64,000 nt of DNA from Ferrithrix thermotolerans DSM 19514 (GTDB lineage Bacteria; Actinomycetota; Acidimicrobiia; Acidimicrobiales; CAIXPF01): the NCBI GenBank assembly GCA_945906305.1, contig CAMDQT010000009.1:1828-65827 (forward strand), in the 5' to 3' direction. Under the pieces are notes generated by a model. The model ran no database searches. It saw only the letters and a list, made by a program, of their open reading frames with translations, and was not told where the DNA came from. The stretch's first letter is position 1, and each line of letters begins with the position of its first letter. The translations under genes were made by a program, and so were the position numbers. This document shows, piece by piece, positions 36,620 through 45,793 of this stretch.

Positions 36620-37837
36620 CTATCGGTCCTTCTCGGTCAGGACGCCGAGTTCGGCCAACGCGGCGATGGTCGCCTCGTCGTAGCCGCACAACTCACGCAG
36701 CACCTCGACGTTGTGCTGGCCGAGGTTGGGAGTGGTCAACTCCGGCTCCGGCGCGGCGTCGGAAAACTTGATCGGGAACCCGGGCACGTAGAAATTACCG
36801 GCGAGCGGATCGCTGATCTCGCGCACCATTCGCCGTTGTTGGAAATACGGATGGTTAACCGCCTGGCCGGGATCGAGAACCGGACCGCAGGGCACCCGCT
36901 GGGCCTCGAGCGCGGCGATCACCTCCTCGTCGGTGCTGAAGGTGGCCATCCACGACTCGATCACGGCAACAAACTCGTCGACGTTGTCCAAGCGCGTGGC
37001 GTTGTTGATGAAGCGAGGGTCTTCGCCGAGATCCTCACGACCGATGGCCGCCCATAGGCCGACCATCTGTCCTTGGGTGCACAAGATCATGATGTAGCCC
37101 TGCGGGCCTTGGTAGGCCCCACCGGGGCAGACCGCCGGATGATGGGCGCCGGCGCGCATCGGCTTCCACTCGCCGTTGGTCATCGACGGGGCGTGCACGT
37201 TCATCTCGTGCATATGGAACAGCGCGTCCACCATGGAGATGTCGAGATGACTGCCCTTTCCGGTCATGGTGCGGCGCAGCAGCGCATAGCCGATAGCGGC
37301 ATACGCGGTGAACCCGGCGGTGCAATCCGCGATGCCCGCCCCCACGAACTGCGGCGGCCCATCCGCCTCGCCGGTGACGTGCATCAGGCCAGCAAAGCCC
37401 TGGGCGATGAGGTCGAAGCTGGTCTTGTGGGACAGCGGTCCGGTCTGGCCGAAGCCGGAGATCGACGCCATCACCAGCCTCGGGTTGAGCGCGGACAACG
37501 ACGCGTAATCCAGACCGCGCCGGGCCATCACCCCGGCGCTGTAGTTCTCGACGACCACATCTATGGTCGGGATGAGGTCGAGGATGATCTGAATCGACTC
37601 GGCCTTGGAGAAGTCGAGGCAGAGGCTTCGTTTACCCCGGTTCTGCTGCACGAAGTAGCCCGAACGGCGGTTGCGTCGGGGCGAGTTGGCCCGGATCGGA
37701 TCGCCGAAGGGGGCCATCTCCACCTTGATGACGTCGGCACCCATCTCGGCCAGCAAGCGGGTGCAGGATGGGCCAGCGAGGTACTGGGTGAAGTCGAGGA
37801 CCCGGAAGCCCTCAAGGTACGGCGTCGGTTGCGTCAT
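36620..37837 (-). CDS. Family III CoA-transferase (CaiB/BaiF family)
   Basis: 405 aa from ATG 37837. GFRVLDFTQYLAGPSCTRLLAEMGADVIKVE, QQNRGKRS, SGFGQTGP, GIADCTAG. Confidence 0.9.
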   Translation of the reverse strand: MTQPTPYLEGFRVLDFTQYLAGPSCTRLLAEMGADVIKVEMAPFGDPIRANSPRRNRRSGYFVQQNRGKRSLCLDFSKAESIQIILDLIPTIDVVVENYSAGVMARRGLDYASLSALNPRLVMASISGFGQTGPLSHKTSFDLIAQGFAGLMHVTGEADGPPQFVGAGIADCTAGFTAYAAIGYALLRRTMTGKGSHLDISMVDALFHMHEMNVHAPSMTNGEWKPMRAGAHHPAVCPGGAYQGPQGYIMILCTQGQMVGLWAAIGREDLGEDPRFINNATRLDNVDEFVAVIESWMATFSTDEEVIAALEAQRVPCGPVLDPGQAVNHPYFQQRRMVREISDPLAGNFYVPGFPIKFSDAAPEPELTTPNLGQHNVEVLRELCGYDEATIAALAELGVLTEKDR

Positions 37838-37924
37838 GTGTGCATGTTCGCACCGCGGCGCACCGCCGTGCTCGCCCAATGCCAGTGCAAGAGCGGCAGA
37901 TGGGGTCCGCTAGGGTCCTGCGCC

Positions 37925-38665
37925 GTGGAGGACACCGAGCAGGTACAAGGCCTCGGACCCGCCGATTTGATCGCGTTAGCGGCGGCCACCATGGCGATCG
38001 GGGTGGCGGTGAGCGCCATCATGATTGATATCGGGACCAGTTCGACGGTGGTGATGCTGGCCACCGTCACCGCATTCTCAGGCAGTGGGGAACTGGCCTT
38101 CGCGGCGGTGATCCTCTCTGGCGGGTCGGTGGCGGCGGGCCTGATATCGGCGCTGCTGGTGAGTTCCCGGTTCGGCTTGATGGCCATGAGCATCGCCAAC
38201 CTGTGGCCCATGCCGCTGTGGGAACGTCTCGCCGCCATGCAGCTATCGGGCGAGCCCGCCGTGGCGGCGGCGCTGACCGCCCGCAACCCTCGAACGGCCC
38301 GGAGGCTGTACTGGCAGATCGCCCTGGCGATGGGCATCGGTTGGGTGGCCGGTTCGGCCCTCGGCACGCTCGTGGGCAACGTCATCGGCGACACCAAGGC
38401 CATCGGGCTCGACGCGGTATTCCCTGCGGTCCTTCTCGGCACCGTCGCGGCGGCCCTGCGCAGCCGTGACACCGCCACCGCAGCGGTGAGCGGCGCGATG
38501 ATCGCCGTGGCGCTCGTCCCCTTCGTCCCCGCGGGGGTCCCGTTTCTGGTGGCCGCGCTCACCGCCGTGCTGGCGAGCCGCGTCCCGGCCGGTCCCCTGG
38601 GCTGGCGGACCCTGCTCACCCGAGGCCACCGCGGCGCAGACCAAGCCCACCACGATCAGTCGTGA
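37925..38665 (+). CDS. azlC: AzlC-family branched-chain amino acid exporter subunit
   Basis: Multi-TM ORF. Start is uncertain (GTG 37925 or ATG 37991). Its stop overlaps the azlD GTG (GTGA). Confidence 0.7.
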   Translation: MEDTEQVQGLGPADLIALAAATMAIGVAVSAIMIDIGTSSTVVMLATVTAFSGSGELAFAAVILSGGSVAAGLISALLVSSRFGLMAMSIANLWPMPLWERLAAMQLSGEPAVAAALTARNPRTARRLYWQIALAMGIGWVAGSALGTLVGNVIGDTKAIGLDAVFPAVLLGTVAAALRSRDTATAAVSGAMIAVALVPFVPAGVPFLVAALTAVLASRVPAGPLGWRTLLTRGHRGADQAHHDQS

Positions 38666-38976
38666 GCCTATTAGCCCTGGCCATCCTCTCGATCGGCAAC
38701 GCCATCACCCGCGCCACCGGCATGTTCGTGTTGGGCCGCCGGGCCGGCGTCAACCCTCGTTGGACCAAGCTGATGGCCCTCGTACCCATTTCCGTGGTGG
38801 CCGCCGTGTTCGCCGTGCAAACCTTCACCTCCCGAGACCAAATCGTGTTGGACGCCCGCATCGCAGGGGTGGCCGCAGCGTCAGTCGCGGTGTGGCGCAA
38901 GGCCCCCATGGTGATCGTGGTCCTCATCGCCGCTGGCGTGGCCGCTGGTGTTCGGGCGCTACACCTCGGCGGCTGA
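38662..38976 (+). CDS. azlD: AzlD-family small membrane protein
   Basis: 104 aa, about 4 TM segments. GTG overlaps the azlC stop by 4 nt, the canonical AzlCD arrangement. Confidence 0.7.
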   Translation: MSLLALAILSIGNAITRATGMFVLGRRAGVNPRWTKLMALVPISVVAAVFAVQTFTSRDQIVLDARIAGVAAASVAVWRKAPMVIVVLIAAGVAAGVRALHLGG

Positions 38977-39059
38977 GCGTCAACCGGACAAAAAGGGCAG
39001 GCGCGTGCACCCCGAGGGCGGTACGGTCAACCGGTCTGACCGCAGCGGAGGGAGCACGG

Positions 39060-40109
39060 ATGAAGGTCGATCTGATCGCGGCGGGGACCCGCATGACCGA
39101 AGCGGCAGACCTCGCCCGCCAGGTGCGCGACGGCGGTTGGAGCGGCATCGCTTTCGCCGAAGGTGGTCGCACCGCATACCTGTCCTGTGGGGCAGCGGCG
39201 CTCGCCGTACCCGAACTCGACTACACCACCGCGGTGGCCCTGGCCTTCCCCCGCAGCCCCATGACCACCGCAGGCATCGCCTGGGAACTCGCCGAAGCAT
39301 CCGGGGGCCGTTTCGCCTTAGGCCTCGGGAGCCAGGTCCGAGCCCACATCGAGCGGCGCTATTCCGCCTCGTTCGACCCGCCCGGCCCCCGGCTTCGGGA
39401 GTACGTGCTGGCGCTACGGGCCATCTTTAGGGCGTTCCAGGGCATCGAGAAGCTCGACTTCCACGGTGAGTACTACACGTTCACCCTGTTCAACCAGCAG
39501 TGGTCGCCGGGGCGGATGGCCCATCCCGATATCCCCATCTACATCTCCGCGGTGGGCCCCTGGATGCTGCGCATGGCGGGCGAGGTGTGCGACGGCATCC
39601 ATATCCACCCCTTTCACTCGGTGGGGTACCTCAACGACGTCGTGCTGCCCAAAGTGGCCGAGGGTGCCGCGCGAGCCAACCGCGACAGCACCGATATCAA
39701 GCTCGCCATCCCCTGCATGACCGTGGTGGGCGACACCGAGGAAGATCGCCAGCGAGCCGCGGCGCGCACTCGTCAACAGATCGCCTTCTACGGCTCGACG
39801 AAGAACTATGCGCCGGTGTTGGCCCATCACGGTTACGGGGAACTCTCGCCGCGATTCAACGATGCCATCAAGGCTGGCGACAGCGAAGCTGCCGTCGCCT
39901 TGGTGAGCGACGAGATGCTCGAGCAGTACGCCGTGGTTTCCACCTGGGACGAACTGTCCGACCGGATCATCGAGCGTTATCAGGCGATGGCGGACCGCCT
40001 GGTGTTGTATTTCACCTTCGCCGACTGGCGACGCGACCCCACCACCCTGGCGCGGTGGTCCGAAGTCGCCCGCGACGTCATCGCCCGAACCGGTGTCACG
40101 CCGGACTGA
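39060..40109 (+). CDS. LLM-class F420-dependent oxidoreductase (paralog of 24298-25311)
   Basis: 349 aa from ATG 39060 (GGAGGGAG upstream). GLGSQVRAHIERRY, REYVLALRAIF, RQQIAFYGSTKNY. Confidence 0.85.
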   Translation: MKVDLIAAGTRMTEAADLARQVRDGGWSGIAFAEGGRTAYLSCGAAALAVPELDYTTAVALAFPRSPMTTAGIAWELAEASGGRFALGLGSQVRAHIERRYSASFDPPGPRLREYVLALRAIFRAFQGIEKLDFHGEYYTFTLFNQQWSPGRMAHPDIPIYISAVGPWMLRMAGEVCDGIHIHPFHSVGYLNDVVLPKVAEGAARANRDSTDIKLAIPCMTVVGDTEEDRQRAAARTRQQIAFYGSTKNYAPVLAHHGYGELSPRFNDAIKAGDSEAAVALVSDEMLEQYAVVSTWDELSDRIIERYQAMADRLVLYFTFADWRRDPTTLARWSEVARDVIARTGVTPD

Positions 40110-40158
40110 AACCGACTCGACGGTTCCCGGCCGTGGCCGGTTTCCTACACTGGTCGCC

Positions 40159-41136
40159 ATGAGCCAGGGCGCGAGTAACGACGGTCCGTACTACGACGAG
40201 TTCACCAACGGCATGACCATTGCGTGGCTGCCCCCGGTGACGGTGACGGAGGCGGACAACCTTGCCTACCGCATGATCACCGGCGACCAGCACCTCGCCT
40301 CGGCCGACCGAGGCCTCGCCGCCCGGCTGACCGGGCGTCAGGCCGCCATGGTCTACCCGGCCCTCGCCATGCAGTATTCGATCGGCCAGACCACCAACGC
40401 CACCCGACGGGCAGTGGCCAACCTGTACTACCGGTCCGTGCGTCTGCTTCGCACCGTCGAGGTGGGTGAGACCCTACGCACCACCGCCACCGTGCTGGGC
40501 CTCTCCGACGGAAAACCTAAGGACGGCGCGCACCGAGGCAAGGTGTGGCTGGGAATTGAGACCGTGGGCGACAACGGCCCGGTGGTCCGCTACGAGCGCT
40601 GCGCGTTGGTGGCCGCCCGACACGGTTCGCCCGGCCACAACGACGTCATCCCCGGCCCATCCGCACCGGTCGATCTGGCCGAAGTGGCCCCGCTGGCACC
40701 ATCGTGGGATCTCTCCGTGCTACCGCGAACCGAGTGGGCGGTCGGCGAGACCCGGGCCGATGCCATGCGTGACCATGTCGATCTCGCCGCGTCGTTGGCC
40801 CGCATGACGTTCAACCAGGCGTTCGTGCACCGCGACGCCACGGCGAGCATTTATCACAAGCGCCTGGTGTACGGCGGCCACGTCCAGGGCCTGGCCCAGT
40901 CCTCGCTGAGCCGTGTGCTGCCCGGTATCGCCACGGTGGTGGCCTGGGACGGCTGCGACCACGTGGGGCCGGCGTTCGAGGGTGACCTGCTGGCATTCCG
41001 CCACACGGTGGTGGAGGAGGCACCCGTGCCCGGCGGTCGTTTGCTGCGCTTCGAGGTTCGCGGCGCCACCGTAGGCGCGGACGGCGAAGTCGGAGCCGAC
41101 ATCCTGGTGTGGACCCCGGTGGTGCTCGCCCCGTGA
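40159..41136 (+). CDS. MaoC-like double hotdog (acyl dehydratase / enoyl-CoA hydratase-2 type)
   Basis: 325 aa from ATG 40159, with two hotdog halves. Its architecture resembles itaconyl-/mesaconyl-CoA-hydratase-type proteins. That subtype is an inference only. Confidence 0.7.
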   Translation: MSQGASNDGPYYDEFTNGMTIAWLPPVTVTEADNLAYRMITGDQHLASADRGLAARLTGRQAAMVYPALAMQYSIGQTTNATRRAVANLYYRSVRLLRTVEVGETLRTTATVLGLSDGKPKDGAHRGKVWLGIETVGDNGPVVRYERCALVAARHGSPGHNDVIPGPSAPVDLAEVAPLAPSWDLSVLPRTEWAVGETRADAMRDHVDLAASLARMTFNQAFVHRDATASIYHKRLVYGGHVQGLAQSSLSRVLPGIATVVAWDGCDHVGPAFEGDLLAFRHTVVEEAPVPGGRLLRFEVRGATVGADGEVGADILVWTPVVLAP

Positions 41137-41153
41137 TCCTCGCCTGAACGCGC

Positions 41154-41978
41154 ATGGTTCGCCGCCACCGTATCGTTCGTGCTTGGCCGTTCCTGGTCCG
41201 TCGCAAGCGGCTGCGACGGCTGCTGACGCCGGTGGTGCGCACCGCACCACGGCCCACCGTTTTCGAACCTGACCGCCTGCGTTACCTACGCGCCTATCTG
41301 CTCATGCGCACCATGATCGGCGTACTCGCGGTCGCCCTACCGTTGGTACTCGGCGTTGGTGACCTGCTGCTCTCCGCCACCGGACCCTTCAGCCGCGGCT
41401 CGTTGAGCGCCTATTACTACTCGGGGGCACGAGACCTTTTCGTGGGTACGTTGTGCGCCGTGGCCGTGTTCCTGGTCACCTACAAGGTGTCGGAGGCGAA
41501 CCTCGATAACACCCTGAGCCTTCTCGCCGGCGTGGCGGCGTTCGGTGTGGCCCTCTTCCCCACCCGGCGACCCGACCCGCTCATCGAACGCCTCAGTCCG
41601 CTCCAACAGCGGTTGGGCGAGATGGCAGTCGAGACGGTCCACTACCTCAGCGCCACAGTGTTCATCGCTACCCTCGCCGTGCTGTGTTACTTCTTCGGCG
41701 TGCGCGAAGGTGCCCGACCTCGGCGGGCGCAGGCCCACCGTTCCCCGCAGTTCTGGCGGATCTACCACTGGAGTTGCGCCGCCGCCATCGCGGTGTCGGT
41801 GATCGCGGTTTCGCTGTCCGCCCTCACCGCCGGACCAGCGGACGCGCTCGTGATCGCAGAGGTGCTTTCCGTATGGGCCTTCGGAGCCTCATGGCTCATG
41901 AAAGGACTCGAACTCGACATCCTGCGGGGGGCACGGGCCAGCCAGCGATCGGCGAGTAGAGCCAGCCTCAGGCGGTGA
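41154..41978 (+). CDS. Integral membrane protein, unknown function
   Basis: 274 aa, about 6 hydrophobic helices, SLSAYYYSGARDLFVG motif. ATG lies 18 nt after the MaoC stop. Confidence 0.55.
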   Translation: MVRRHRIVRAWPFLVRRKRLRRLLTPVVRTAPRPTVFEPDRLRYLRAYLLMRTMIGVLAVALPLVLGVGDLLLSATGPFSRGSLSAYYYSGARDLFVGTLCAVAVFLVTYKVSEANLDNTLSLLAGVAAFGVALFPTRRPDPLIERLSPLQQRLGEMAVETVHYLSATVFIATLAVLCYFFGVREGARPRRAQAHRSPQFWRIYHWSCAAAIAVSVIAVSLSALTAGPADALVIAEVLSVWAFGASWLMKGLELDILRGARASQRSASRASLRR

Positions 41979-42312
41979 CCTGCAGTACACCCGCCATCGA
42001 CTTGCCGTGCACCCCACAGTAGAACGGGTAGGCACCGGCTTTGGCGGGCGCCACGAACGAGGACGATTTCGAGTCGAAGGTCCAAGCATCGGAGTCCGAC
42101 ATCACGCTGTGGCCCACCGGGTCACCGCTGACCAGTTGCACTTTGTCGTTGACTCGAGCAGTGGCCGCCGCGAACGTGTTGTTGTTGGCGGTGAGAACTG
42201 CCGTGCCCGACGCTGTTTTGGTCGAGATGCTTACCGCCGCGTCCCCACCACTGCTCGTGCCGCAGGCGGCGACGACAAGCAGCAACCCCGCAAAACGAAT
42301 TCGAGCGGTCAT
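41968..42312 (-). CDS. Cupredoxin (type-1 blue copper) lipoprotein
   Basis: 114 aa from ATG 42312. Lipobox LLVVAAC. Copper ligands are plausible in GHSV ... YPFYCGVHGKSMAG (His, Cys, His, Met). Confidence 0.7.
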   Translation of the reverse strand: MTARIRFAGLLLVVAACGTSSGGDAAVSISTKTASGTAVLTANNNTFAAATARVNDKVQLVSGDPVGHSVMSDSDAWTFDSKSSSFVAPAKAGAYPFYCGVHGKSMAGVLQVTA

Positions 42313-42440
42313 CGCGTCATCCCCCAGTGGCATCGCGAGGCGGCTTCGAGCCGGCCAGCCAACCCTCGTACGTGACACTCGACACTACCGCGCCAAGGCC
42401 GCCTACGATGCCACGACCGCCACATGGGGAGGCCAGCAGC

Positions 42441-43673
42441 ATGCCGCAATCGAACGGCGATCCAATGATCCTCGAAGGGTGCACGGTACTGGACTTCACC
42501 CAGTACCTCGCCGGGGCCGGGGTGACCCGGATGATGGCCGAACTCGGGGCCGACATCATCAAGGTCGAGTTGCCCGAGGTGGGCGATCCCGGCCGGTTGT
42601 TGCCCAAGGTGCTCGACAACGGCCGCAGTGGATGGTTCATCCAGCACAATCGGGGCAAGAAGAGCCTCAGCGTGGACTGGAACACCACCGAGGGCCGGGA
42701 ATTGCTCCTCGAGTTGGCCCGAGACGTGGACATCGTGGCCGAAAACTTCGGCACCGCCGACATCATGGCCAAACGCGGCCTTGACTACGAGTCAATCCGG
42801 GCGATCAACCCTGACGTCATCTACCTGTCGGTGTCCTGTTTCGGCCGGACCTCACCGTGGGCGAATCGGCCGGGCTACGACTACATCGCCCAGGCAGCTT
42901 CGGGGATCATGCACATGACCGGCGAGCGCGACGGCCCACCGATGTTCGTCGGGTCGGCGCTCGGGGACACCAACGGCGCGGTGCATGGCTTCGCCTCACT
43001 CGGCTATGCGCTGTACTTCCGGGAGAAGACCGGCCGGGGCCAGTTCATCGACATCGCCATGACCGATGCCCTGTTCCACTTCCACGAGGCCCACCTGCAG
43101 TTGAACCACACCACCGGTGGCGAGTTCGTGCCCATGCGCAACGGACGGCACAACGCCGCGGTGTTTCCTGCGGGCACCTTCAAGGCACCGCAGGGCTACA
43201 TCGTGGTGCTCGCCCTCGACCTGCAATGGCCGAGCGTCTGCCGCTGCATCGGCCGGATGGACCTGCTTGATGACCCCCGCCTCGCCACCTCATCGGACCG
43301 CGGCAACTACCAGGAGGAGCTCACGCCGATCATCGAGGGTTGGATGGCGACCTTCGACACCGACGAGGAAGTGCTCGAACAACTGCTCGCCCACCGAGTG
43401 CCGGCCAGCGCGGTGCTGTCACCGCTTGACGCCTTGAACCATCCACACTTCCTGGCCCGCGACATGGTCCGCTGGGTCGACGACGACCTCGCAGGACGAC
43501 TGCCCATCCCCGGCTTCCCGTTCAAGTTCGGCGCCCAGCCGGAACTGCCCGACATTCGCGCCGCCCTGGTGGGCGAACACAACGAAGAGATCCTCGGCGA
43601 GCGCCTCGGTTTCACCCCCGAACGCATCGTCGCGCTCACCGATGCCGGCGTGCTGCACAAGGGCAAGTCCTGA
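42441..43673 (+). CDS. Family III CoA-transferase (CaiB/BaiF family)
   Basis: 410 aa from ATG 42441 (GGGGAGG 8 nt upstream). GCTVLDFTQYLAGAGVTRMMAELGADIIKVE, QHNRGKKS, ALGDTNGA. Confidence 0.9.
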   Translation: MPQSNGDPMILEGCTVLDFTQYLAGAGVTRMMAELGADIIKVELPEVGDPGRLLPKVLDNGRSGWFIQHNRGKKSLSVDWNTTEGRELLLELARDVDIVAENFGTADIMAKRGLDYESIRAINPDVIYLSVSCFGRTSPWANRPGYDYIAQAASGIMHMTGERDGPPMFVGSALGDTNGAVHGFASLGYALYFREKTGRGQFIDIAMTDALFHFHEAHLQLNHTTGGEFVPMRNGRHNAAVFPAGTFKAPQGYIVVLALDLQWPSVCRCIGRMDLLDDPRLATSSDRGNYQEELTPIIEGWMATFDTDEEVLEQLLAHRVPASAVLSPLDALNHPHFLARDMVRWVDDDLAGRLPIPGFPFKFGAQPELPDIRAALVGEHNEEILGERLGFTPERIVALTDAGVLHKGKS

Positions 43674-43679
43674 CCACGC

Positions 43680-43712
43680 GAAAACCCCGCGGACCGATCA
43701 GGCCCGCCGGGG
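43680..43712 (-). terminator. Possible rho-independent terminator (minus-strand reading)
   Basis: Directly after the stop at 43713-43715, the minus strand reads CCCCGGCGG-loop-CCGCGGGG followed by TTTTC. The stem has one bulge. Confidence 0.4.
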
Positions 43713-44459
43713 TCAGCCTGCGGCAAGCGGGGCGAGAATGTCGGCCAAAGCCGACGGCATAGCTAGGAAGGGCGAGTGGTCCGTCTCGAGGGTCGCCACG
43801 GAGGGATCGGTCAGTCTGGCGATCAGCATGTCCTGGGCCGCGATGGAGATGGCCATGTCCTTGGTGCAGCGTATGTAGGTGGAGGCGATGTCTTTCCATG
43901 CGGCCCGGGTCACCTCCTGCTTGAGGCTGGCGCTGCGCTGAGGGCACAGCCGGGCGATGGCCGCGGCGGCCGCTTCGGGGGGTGAATCGTTGTAGAACAC
44001 CGGTACGGCGGCGTCGGGGTTGCCGCTGATGGTGCCATCGTCGTTCCGCAAGAAGATCCGGCCCGGCATGGTGCCGCTGTGCTGCGGTGGCGGGAACGTG
44101 GCCATCAGCGCGGTTGGGCTCTCACCGACCTCAGTCACCAGCGCGGTGAGGAACACCAACCGGGCCACCTTGTCTGCCTCGGCCGCCTGGCCGATGACGG
44201 TGCCACCGTAGGAATGACCGACCAGCACCGCCTGCTGCGCGTGGCGGGCGACCACCCGATCGATGACGGCGGATACGTATGCAGCGTTGCCCAAAGTGTC
44301 GCTGAGGGCCTCGGTAGAGCTGCCGTGTCCGGGCAGGTCGATGGCGTAGCTGGGCACGCCGCGACGATCGAGTTCACTCTGCACCGCAGCCCAGCACCAC
44401 GCGCCGTGCAGAGCGCCATGAACCAACACGATGGGACGAGGAGAGGCCATGGCGGTCAT
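43713..44459 (-). CDS. alpha/beta-fold hydrolase (esterase-like)
   Basis: 248 aa from ATG 44459. IVLVHGALHGAWCW, GHSYGG nucleophile elbow, late DHSPF. The upstream part of the 453-aa track ORF was rejected. Confidence 0.8.
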   Translation of the reverse strand: MTAMASPRPIVLVHGALHGAWCWAAVQSELDRRGVPSYAIDLPGHGSSTEALSDTLGNAAYVSAVIDRVVARHAQQAVLVGHSYGGTVIGQAAEADKVARLVFLTALVTEVGESPTALMATFPPPQHSGTMPGRIFLRNDDGTISGNPDAAVPVFYNDSPPEAAAAAIARLCPQRSASLKQEVTRAAWKDIASTYIRCTKDMAISIAAQDMLIARLTDPSVATLETDHSPFLAMPSALADILAPLAAG

Positions 44460-44525
44460 CCTCGCATATTCCGATCGGCGCACAACCGGCGAATCGGGCC
44501 GGACCTGCGGTTCTAGAATGAAACC

Positions 44526-45761
44526 ATGGCCGACCCACTCTCTGATGACGTCCCCCGCATGTTGGAAGGGATCCGGGTTCTCGATTTCACCCAGTACCTC
44601 GCTGGGCCCACCGTCACCCGGTTGATGGCCGAACTCGGCGCCGACATCGTCAAGATCGAACAGGCGCCGGGCGGGGACCCTTCGCGCCAGTTGCCGTTCA
44701 AACAGGATGGGCGCTCCGCCTACTACGTGCAGCAGAACCGGGGAAAGAAGAGTGTCTGCCTCGACTTGTCCCGACCGGAAAGCACCGAGGTAGTACTGGA
44801 CCTCGTGCGTAGCGTCGATGTCGTGGTCGAGAATTACGGCCCCGGTGTCCTGGACAAGCGTGGCCTGGATTACCACTCGCTCCGGGCAGTCAACCCGGGA
44901 CTGATCATGACGTCGATCTCCGCTTTCGGCCGCCAGAACAGTCCCCTCAGCCACAAGGTCGGCTTCGACACCATCGCCCAGGCGTTCTCCGGGTTCATGC
45001 ACATGAACGGAGAACGCGACCGGCCGCCGCAATTCGTGGGGGTGGCCTTCGCCGATGTCTCCGCCGGGGTACACGCCCTAACCGGTCTCGCCCTCGCACT
45101 GTTTCACCGAGAGCGCACGGGGCGGGGCCAGTGGGTGGACATCTCGATGATCGATTGCCTCTATCACGCCCACGAAATGAACGTGCAACTCGCCGCCGCG
45201 AACCCCAAGGTCGACCCCAAGCGCAACGGCCAGCATGGTGGGGTTGGCTTCCCTGCAGGCACATTCCAAGGGCCACAGGGCTACATCGTCGTCATTGCCC
45301 TCGACCGCCAGTGGCCCAACTTCTGCGCCGCCATCGGTCGACCCGAACTGGTCGAGGACCCGCGTTACGCCAATGCCCGGGACCGGGCCAAGGCCCGCGG
45401 GGAGTTGGCGGCGATGACGGAGGCATGGATGGCGAGCTTCGCCACCGACCAGGAAGTTCTCGACGTGCTCGAGGCCCACCGGGTGCCGTGCGCGCCGGTA
45501 CTCAGCCCCCGCGAGACGCTGCAGCACCCCTATTTCATTCAGCGGGAGATGGTGCGGGTGGTACCCGACCCGATTCTGGGCGAAGTGACCATCCCTGGAT
45601 TCCCGTTCAAGTTTTCCGATCGGCCGGAACTTCCCCACCTTGAAGCGGCATCGCTGGGCCAGCACAACGCGGAGGCCCTCATGACGTGGGGCGGCTACAG
45701 CGCGGAACGCATCGAAACCCTCACCACCGAAGGGGTGCTCCACTCGCGCCAACGGGACTAA
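44526..45761 (+). CDS. Family III CoA-transferase (CaiB/BaiF family)
   Basis: 411 aa. GIRVLDFTQYLAGPTVTRLMAELGADIVKIE, QQNRGKKS, AFADVSAG. Confidence 0.9.
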   Translation: MADPLSDDVPRMLEGIRVLDFTQYLAGPTVTRLMAELGADIVKIEQAPGGDPSRQLPFKQDGRSAYYVQQNRGKKSVCLDLSRPESTEVVLDLVRSVDVVVENYGPGVLDKRGLDYHSLRAVNPGLIMTSISAFGRQNSPLSHKVGFDTIAQAFSGFMHMNGERDRPPQFVGVAFADVSAGVHALTGLALALFHRERTGRGQWVDISMIDCLYHAHEMNVQLAAANPKVDPKRNGQHGGVGFPAGTFQGPQGYIVVIALDRQWPNFCAAIGRPELVEDPRYANARDRAKARGELAAMTEAWMASFATDQEVLDVLEAHRVPCAPVLSPRETLQHPYFIQREMVRVVPDPILGEVTIPGFPFKFSDRPELPHLEAASLGQHNAEALMTWGGYSAERIETLTTEGVLHSRQRD

Positions 45762-45793
45762 TACCGTTCAGTATGGCCGCCGGTCCAAAATGC

